From an uncultured bacterium (GTDB taxonomy: Bacteria > Patescibacteriota > Microgenomatia > Levybacterales > UBA12049): a stretch of DNA of 64,000 nt. The stretch is taken from NCBI GenBank assembly GCA_963826535.1, contig CAWGXL010000011.1, positions 128,809 through 192,808 on the forward strand. The letters run 5' to 3'. Below the pieces are notes generated by a model, which saw nothing but the letters and a program-made list of their open reading frames with translations, ran no database searches and was not told the DNA's origin. Shown here piece after piece: positions 58,447 to 64,000 of the stretch; the stretch's first letter is position 1; each line of letters begins with the position of its first letter. The translations under genes and the position numbers were made by a program.

Positions 58447-59007
58447 ATGAAATTGTTCACGTTTTTATTTATCAGTTTTTTTATTTTTATGTTCTTTACT
58501 TATTCAAGCTACGCACATTCCGGTGGGGGGTTAATTGGAGATTATGTTGTTTCATTTACACAAGAACCATTATCACCATTAGTCGGCGATTTTGTAAAAG
58601 TAACGATTACGATAAATGACAAAAACGGACAACCTGTTACTGATCTAAAAGGAAAACTTCTTATAAAACAATTAATCGTAAAACAATATGTCGGGAAAGA
58701 ATCCGATCAGGACTATAATGAGATATTTAGTAAGCAGGAAAAGACTGGCCTAAATGGGAATATTGCTCTTGAATATAAATTTCAGGAAGAAGCAGTATAT
58801 GATGTAGAGTTTCATTGGGGTGAGGATGAAGAAACGCAAAGTACAGGTATGCAGATACAACCTAGAAATCAATCTTCATTTTTTTCTCCTACGAGTGCGA
58901 TAGAAAATATCTGGCTTCTTGTAGGCGTAGCGACAACAGGAGTTATCATAGGCGCAATCGGCACGTCAATTTTACTAACCACAACACTTCATCCTAAAAG
59001 GTTGTAA
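58447..59007 (+). CDS. exported beta-rich protein with C-terminal TM, predicted His1
   Basis: SSYA-HSGG, EPLSPLVG; C-terminal hydrophobic segment. Confidence 0.7.
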   Translation: MKLFTFLFISFFIFMFFTYSSYAHSGGGLIGDYVVSFTQEPLSPLVGDFVKVTITINDKNGQPVTDLKGKLLIKQLIVKQYVGKESDQDYNEIFSKQEKTGLNGNIALEYKFQEEAVYDVEFHWGEDEETQSTGMQIQPRNQSSFFSPTSAIENIWLLVGVATTGVIIGAIGTSILLTTTLHPKRL

Positions 59008-59375
59008 ATGGGTTATTTTGGATTATAATATTCCATAAGATCAATATAAAAAATGTCTTGTCAACGATATAAACCGTAAAAGTTGAGGTTTTTTGAAGAG
59101 TAGATACTATAGCTAGTACATGCGTGCTTATAAAATACTTTTAATTATCTTAAAGACATTGATTAATATTGAAATCAAAGGTAAGTACTGACTTTAAAAA
59201 TCCCAGCATTCCTGAGACAAAGAATTAAAAACCTTATTGTTTTTCTCCGCATTTCTCTTTTCCTCACACCTTGTTATATTCCAGATAAAAAAAGAGGTAA
59301 TCGAAACTATTAAAAAAAATTCCAATCGAATCACTGAAGGAAAATAAAGCTTAATATCTTAAAGTATACAATCTA

Positions 59376-60770
59376 TTAAGTTGCTATTTTTTTAAGCATT
59401 TCAACTGAATCACTATCTCTACCCTCGCTCGCCAACTTGCTTAGCGCTACAAGTTTAGTTTTAAAAGAATCTTTGTAATCATCGTTCATGCTTTTATATA
59501 TTTTTGGTTTAATTTTTATAACCTTTTCCTCTTTAGTGAATAATTCTTCGTGTAGTTTTTCTCCGGAGCGTATTCCAATAAATTTTATTTTGATATCTTT
59601 ATTCGGAATTAAGTTTGAAAGCCTGATTAGTTTATGAACGAGATCTACTATTTTTATTTTCTTACCCATATCTAATACAAAAACTTCTCCACCAATACCT
59701 ATTTGAATAGATTGCAGTAACAAATTTGCAGCTTCCGGAATCGTCATAAAAAATCTTGTCATCTTTGGATGGGTAACTGTTATTGGTCCTCCTTGAGCAA
59801 TTTGTTTTTTAAATGTTGGAATGACGCTTCCTTGGCTGTCGAGTACATTGCCAAAGCGTACGACAATGAATTTTGTATTGTTTTTTTTATTGAGACTCCT
59901 AACAATATATTCTCCAATTAATTTAGTCATCCCCATAACGCTTTTTGGCTTAACGGCTTTATCTGTTGAAATAAATAGAAATTTCTCGGTATTTGATGAA
60001 TTCGCTTCTGTAGCCAAAATTTCGGTCCCCAAAATATTGTTCTTAATTGCCTCTGACGGGTTTTCTTCCATCATAGGTACATGTTTGAATGCAGCTGTAT
60101 GAAAAACAAGATTAGGGCGATATTCACTGAATACTTGATGTACTTTACGACGATCTTGTATGTTCCCTACGACTTTAATATATTTTACGCCTGGAAAGCT
60201 TTCCTTAAATTCATTATCTAAATTGAATAATCCATTTTCCCACCAGTCAAAAAGAATTAGTAGCTTAGGTTTATAAGAAGCAATTTGGCGACTTAATTCT
60301 GAGCCAATCGAACCCGCTGCTCCCGTAACCAGAATAGTCTTTTCTTTTAAGTATGATTCAAGTTCTATTACATCGCTTTTTACAATTGGTCTATTTAATA
60401 AGTCCTCTACGTGAACCTCTCTTACTCTTTTAATTTCTGCCTTTCCTTCAATTATTTCTTTAACATTAGGTACTATTTTGAATATTACTTTTTCTTTCAG
60501 GCAGGCGTCTACTACTTTTTCTACTATAGCACCTTCAGCTGAAGGAATAGCTATAAGTACTTCGTCTACTTTTTTTTGTTTTATAATTTTTTGGAGATCT
60601 TTTATCTTTCCTAAAACCTTCAAGGAGTAAAAGGTTTTACCTTGCTTTACATTGTCATCATCAACAAATCCTACGGGATTTAAGTTAAGATCAGGATACC
60701 TTTTTATTTCTTTGGCAATATCTATTCCAGCTACCCCGGCACCAACTATAATTACTATTTTCTTAATCAT
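59376..60770 (-). CDS. CapD/PglF-like nucleotide-sugar 4,6-dehydratase without N-terminal TM domain
   Basis: VGAGVAG, GFVDDD, TGAAGSIGSE, STDKAV, RFGNVL, GEKLHEEL. Confidence 0.92.
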   Translation of the reverse strand: MIKKIVIIVGAGVAGIDIAKEIKRYPDLNLNPVGFVDDDNVKQGKTFYSLKVLGKIKDLQKIIKQKKVDEVLIAIPSAEGAIVEKVVDACLKEKVIFKIVPNVKEIIEGKAEIKRVREVHVEDLLNRPIVKSDVIELESYLKEKTILVTGAAGSIGSELSRQIASYKPKLLILFDWWENGLFNLDNEFKESFPGVKYIKVVGNIQDRRKVHQVFSEYRPNLVFHTAAFKHVPMMEENPSEAIKNNILGTEILATEANSSNTEKFLFISTDKAVKPKSVMGMTKLIGEYIVRSLNKKNNTKFIVVRFGNVLDSQGSVIPTFKKQIAQGGPITVTHPKMTRFFMTIPEAANLLLQSIQIGIGGEVFVLDMGKKIKIVDLVHKLIRLSNLIPNKDIKIKFIGIRSGEKLHEELFTKEEKVIKIKPKIYKSMNDDYKDSFKTKLVALSKLASEGRDSDSVEMLKKIAT

Positions 60771-60795
60771 AACATTTATCTTCTTATCAGCATTC

Positions 60796-61653
60796 TTATT
60801 GAATTGTCCATGAGTTAAAAGTTCTTAAAATCCCTTCCTGTAGGTCAATTTTGGGTTTCCAATCTAACATTCGTTGACTTTTTTTAAAACTTCCTACAAA
60901 TTTTTCGTCAAAAGAATCGTTTGTGCTGTAATCTATATATATTTCTCTTTTTGAAATATTACTTATTGTTTCAGCCAGTTTTTTAATACTTGTCTCATTA
61001 CCTGAGCAAATATTAAAAACTTCACTTTTTTTAATATCTAACTTTATAACTTTTAAAAAAGCATCTACAACATCGTCTATATATATAAAATCTCTTACGT
61101 GCTGACCTCTATTTATGACTATCTTTTCATTTTTAAAGGACGCGTTTATGAAATTGGCAACTACCGAAGAATAATTAATTTTTGAGTCAGGACCGTATAC
61201 ATTGGAAATTCTTAGAATCACACTATTTAATCCAAACAGGTTGCAATAAGTATTGATAATTTTTTCACAAATTAACTTTGAAAGTCCGTAATAATTTCTA
61301 GGAACTGTAATTGATCGTTCAGTCAGTAAGCTGTAAATGTTTTGCCTATATACGGCAAAAGTTGATGCAAAAATAATTTTATATTTGCGACTATCAGATT
61401 TTCTTATGGCTTCAAGTATTTTTAGAGTCAGGATTATATTTGTTTTTAATACATCCAGTGAATTACCTCTATTTAAGCCAGCCAGGTGAATAACAACGCT
61501 ACAGTCTTTAATCTGATTCTGAATAGTAGAGACACTTTTAAAATCTTTTTTTTCGAGTACCTTTGTCTTAAGATTAGATTTAAGCAATTTACCAACCAAA
61601 TGTCTGCCAATAAATCCTTGGCTTCCTGTTATAAGTATTTTATTCTTAGACAT
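60796..61653 (-). CDS. NAD-dependent epimerase/dehydratase
   Basis: ITGSQGFIG, YGLSK, NVYGP, RDFIYIDD. Confidence 0.9.
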   Translation of the reverse strand: MSKNKILITGSQGFIGRHLVGKLLKSNLKTKVLEKKDFKSVSTIQNQIKDCSVVIHLAGLNRGNSLDVLKTNIILTLKILEAIRKSDSRKYKIIFASTFAVYRQNIYSLLTERSITVPRNYYGLSKLICEKIINTYCNLFGLNSVILRISNVYGPDSKINYSSVVANFINASFKNEKIVINRGQHVRDFIYIDDVVDAFLKVIKLDIKKSEVFNICSGNETSIKKLAETISNISKREIYIDYSTNDSFDEKFVGSFKKSQRMLDWKPKIDLQEGILRTFNSWTIQ

Positions 61654-61769
61654 AAATAAACTTTCCCTATATCGGGAATGTAGGGAATGATACCACAGAA
61701 TGGTTTGCAAGTAAAATAATATAAGACCGTTGACAACTATATAAGATTATACTAAACTAACTCAAACTA

Positions 61770-61960
61770 ATGCGAATTATAGATTACAGTATTAAAATAA
61801 ACTTTTTAACACTTAAGGAAGCGCAAGATATTTACAAAAAACCCTTTAACGGTACATGGAATCATTAAGAAAAAAACTACTAGCAATAAAAATAGGAAGA
61901 AAATACTGAATAGAGAAGAAGGATTTGGATAAATTTATTAAGTTTAATAAATCTTATTAG
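61770..61960 (+). pseudogene. degraded excisionase-like (HTH_17) DNA-binding gene
   Basis: FLTLKEAQDI / PLTVHGII / LLAIKIGRKY*IEKKDLDKFI across frameshifts and a stop. Confidence 0.6.
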
Positions 61961-62039
61961 GTCAAATAGGTTTTTAAACAACTGCTCAATCTTACGAAAG
62001 TAGATTGGGTTTTTTTATGGAAAATTAAGAAAGTAAAAA

Positions 62040-62504
62040 ATGAAAGTAAATGAAAAGGTCTTGCGCTTGATTACAATTAGCCTTTGGCTGATTGCATGCA
62101 TCGAATTTGGAATTGCAGGAGTGATCTATGCTAATTTATTGGGTTCTAATATTCCCAATATTATTGCTCTAGCTACTACAGTTAAGCCCGAAACATATAC
62201 CGAATTATATTTTGAGAATCACTTAAATCTTCCCGGCAAAATCGAGCTAAACCGGAATTACCCTTTTAAATTTACAATTCATAATCTCGAAAACAAGGAC
62301 GTAGTTTACGTATATGAGGTTTATATAGTTGTAAATGGAGAAAAACGAATTATTGATGAAGCTTCTGTTTTTGTAAAAAGCGGTGATTATAGAACGATTG
62401 AGGAGATTTATGTAACTAGGCGCCCGACTGCAAGAGGAAAAATAATAGTTAACTTGATAAATAAAAACCAACAAATAGATTTTTGGATAGAAGACAATTT
62501 ATGA
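62040..62504 (+). CDS. DUF1616-like membrane-anchored protein
   Basis: TM then PETYTELYF, FTIHNLE, IDFW. Confidence 0.6.
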   Translation: MKVNEKVLRLITISLWLIACIEFGIAGVIYANLLGSNIPNIIALATTVKPETYTELYFENHLNLPGKIELNRNYPFKFTIHNLENKDVVYVYEVYIVVNGEKRIIDEASVFVKSGDYRTIEEIYVTRRPTARGKIIVNLINKNQQIDFWIEDNL

Positions 62505-63637
62505 AAATAGTATTTGTAAGTGATAGGGTATACCCATACTTTAAAGGGGGAGCCGAAAAAAGATACTGGGAGATTGCAAGAAGACTAACAAAAAAAGGGC
62601 ATGAAATCCATTTTTTTACGGGGCAGTGGCCGGGGATGGAAAGAGAAATGGTTATCGAGGAGATTAGTCTTCACGCTGTATATAAGGTAAAAAAATTTTA
62701 TATTAACGGCAAGAAATCCATTCTCGAATCTATAAAATATTCCTTATTGCTCTTTCCCTATTTATTAAAACATGATTATGATTTGATTGAGTGTGAGCAG
62801 TTTCCAATTCTTTCAATATTTTCTTGCAAGCTCGCATCGCTTATTAAAGAAAAGCCTTTAGTTGTTACTTGGCATGAGGTGTGGAGTTTTTCTTATTGGA
62901 AAAAATACATCGGTTTAAAAGGCATATTAGGTTATATATTGGATAAATCAGCAGTTCTAATGGCAGATACAATTATCTCCGTATCAGACCAAACTACACG
63001 AAATCTAGTGAAGAATCCGTTTATAACAAGCAGGATTATAACGATTACTAACGGCGTAGATGAAAATCACATCAATAAAATCTGTAAATCGAAAGACACA
63101 TGCGATATTATTTTTGCGGGTAGATTAATGGCACATAAAAATGTAGACGTGCTCCTAAAATCAATAGGATTTATAAAAAAAGAATACCCCTCTGTTAAAG
63201 TTCTGGTAGTAGGTGATGGACCGGAGCTTCCCAAACTTCAATATTTAACCACCATATTAAGCCTGGAAAATAATGTGAAATTCATTAATTTTTTTCCCAG
63301 CCAAAATGATTTATATTCGCTTATGAAATCTTCAAAAGTATTTGTTCTACCTTCAACCAGGGAAGGATTCGGAATGGTTGCACTCGAGGCAAATGCGTGC
63401 GGAATTCCGGTCGTAACGATTAATCACAAAGATAATGCTGCCAAAGATTTAATTGAACACGGGAAAAACGGCTACACCTGTGAGTTGGACGAGAACGAAA
63501 TAGCGGCATTCGTAATAAAGTTATTTAAAAATAACGTAAACTTTGTAGCTTCATCTGATTTTGCAAGCTCATATGATTGGAATAATATTGCAGAGCAAAT
63601 CGAGTCTGCTTACTCGCTATGGCTGACAACAAAATAA
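62501..63637 (+). CDS. GT4 family glycosyltransferase
   Basis: GGAEKR, FAGRL, PSTREGFGMVALEANACGIPV. Confidence 0.92.
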   Translation: MKIVFVSDRVYPYFKGGAEKRYWEIARRLTKKGHEIHFFTGQWPGMEREMVIEEISLHAVYKVKKFYINGKKSILESIKYSLLLFPYLLKHDYDLIECEQFPILSIFSCKLASLIKEKPLVVTWHEVWSFSYWKKYIGLKGILGYILDKSAVLMADTIISVSDQTTRNLVKNPFITSRIITITNGVDENHINKICKSKDTCDIIFAGRLMAHKNVDVLLKSIGFIKKEYPSVKVLVVGDGPELPKLQYLTTILSLENNVKFINFFPSQNDLYSLMKSSKVFVLPSTREGFGMVALEANACGIPVVTINHKDNAAKDLIEHGKNGYTCELDENEIAAFVIKLFKNNVNFVASSDFASSYDWNNIAEQIESAYSLWLTTK

Positions 63638-64000
63638 AAATTATACACACTCCTGTCAGATTTTATCCTTATATGGGTGGAGTTGAACATAGTACGTATC
63701 ATCTTTGTCGCGAACTAATAAAAATGGGCTGTAATATTGAAGTAATCTGCGCAAAAACCTCAAGCAATGAATCCAATAATATTGGCGGAATTGTTGTTAG
63801 GAGATTAAAATCCTTTTTTAAAATTACAAATACAAACATAACTCTTACGCTACCGTTTGAAATTTTAAAAAGCAAGTTTGATGTCATGCATACACATATG
63901 CCTACCCCATGGTCAGCAGACATAAGTATATTAATGGGAAAACTAATGGGAAAGAAAACCGTAATTACAATTCATAACGATATGGATAAAACGGGATTTT
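63619..64000 (+). CDS. GT4 family glycosyltransferase, N-terminal part (runs off the window)
   Basis: MADNKIKIIHTPVRFYPYMGGVE...DVMHTH...VITIHND, open to the window end. Confidence 0.8.
   Translation, partial: MADNKIKIIHTPVRFYPYMGGVEHSTYHLCRELIKMGCNIEVICAKTSSNESNNIGGIVVRRLKSFFKITNTNITLTLPFEILKSKFDVMHTHMPTPWSADISILMGKLMGKKTVITIHNDMDKTGF

Noticed and set aside
61770-61960. Excisionase-like relic as evidence of a prophage or ICE
   Set aside because: No integrase, att site or phage genes nearby; such HTH genes also occur as stand-alone regulators

Overview
Low-GC bacterial chromosome segment using the standard genetic code. Gene content and style (rpoB-rpoC with no adjacent rplL, DUF2298, paired Cys-rich repeat proteins, orphan proteins, apparently leaderless genes) suggest a Patescibacteria/CPR genome, probably Microgenomates; this is inference. 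Core genes (tpiA, pcrA/uvrD, rnhA, rpoBC, murJ, rpsT, serS, secA) alternate with accessory blocks: sodN-sodX, an array of small stress/detox genes, toxin-antitoxin modules, a metal (Cu/Ni) envelope cluster and the start of a polysaccharide locus. I found no rRNA, tRNA, CRISPR array or integrase. Best leads: (1) a translationally coupled Hsp90-like ATPase plus SIR2-HEAT operon, a candidate anti-phage NADase system; (2) a membrane leader protein ending in RSPP whose own codons pair with the Shine-Dalgarno of downstream ycnI, a candidate metal-sensing ribosome-arrest switch; (3) seven exported proteins predicted to start with His after signal cleavage; (4) a stand-alone transcription unit encoding MAKKKKKKK; (5) three 33-bp direct repeats bracketing two TA modules whose toxins are both interrupted; (6) palindromic elements inserted in-frame in proteins. 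All calls come from reading motifs by eye; no database search was run.
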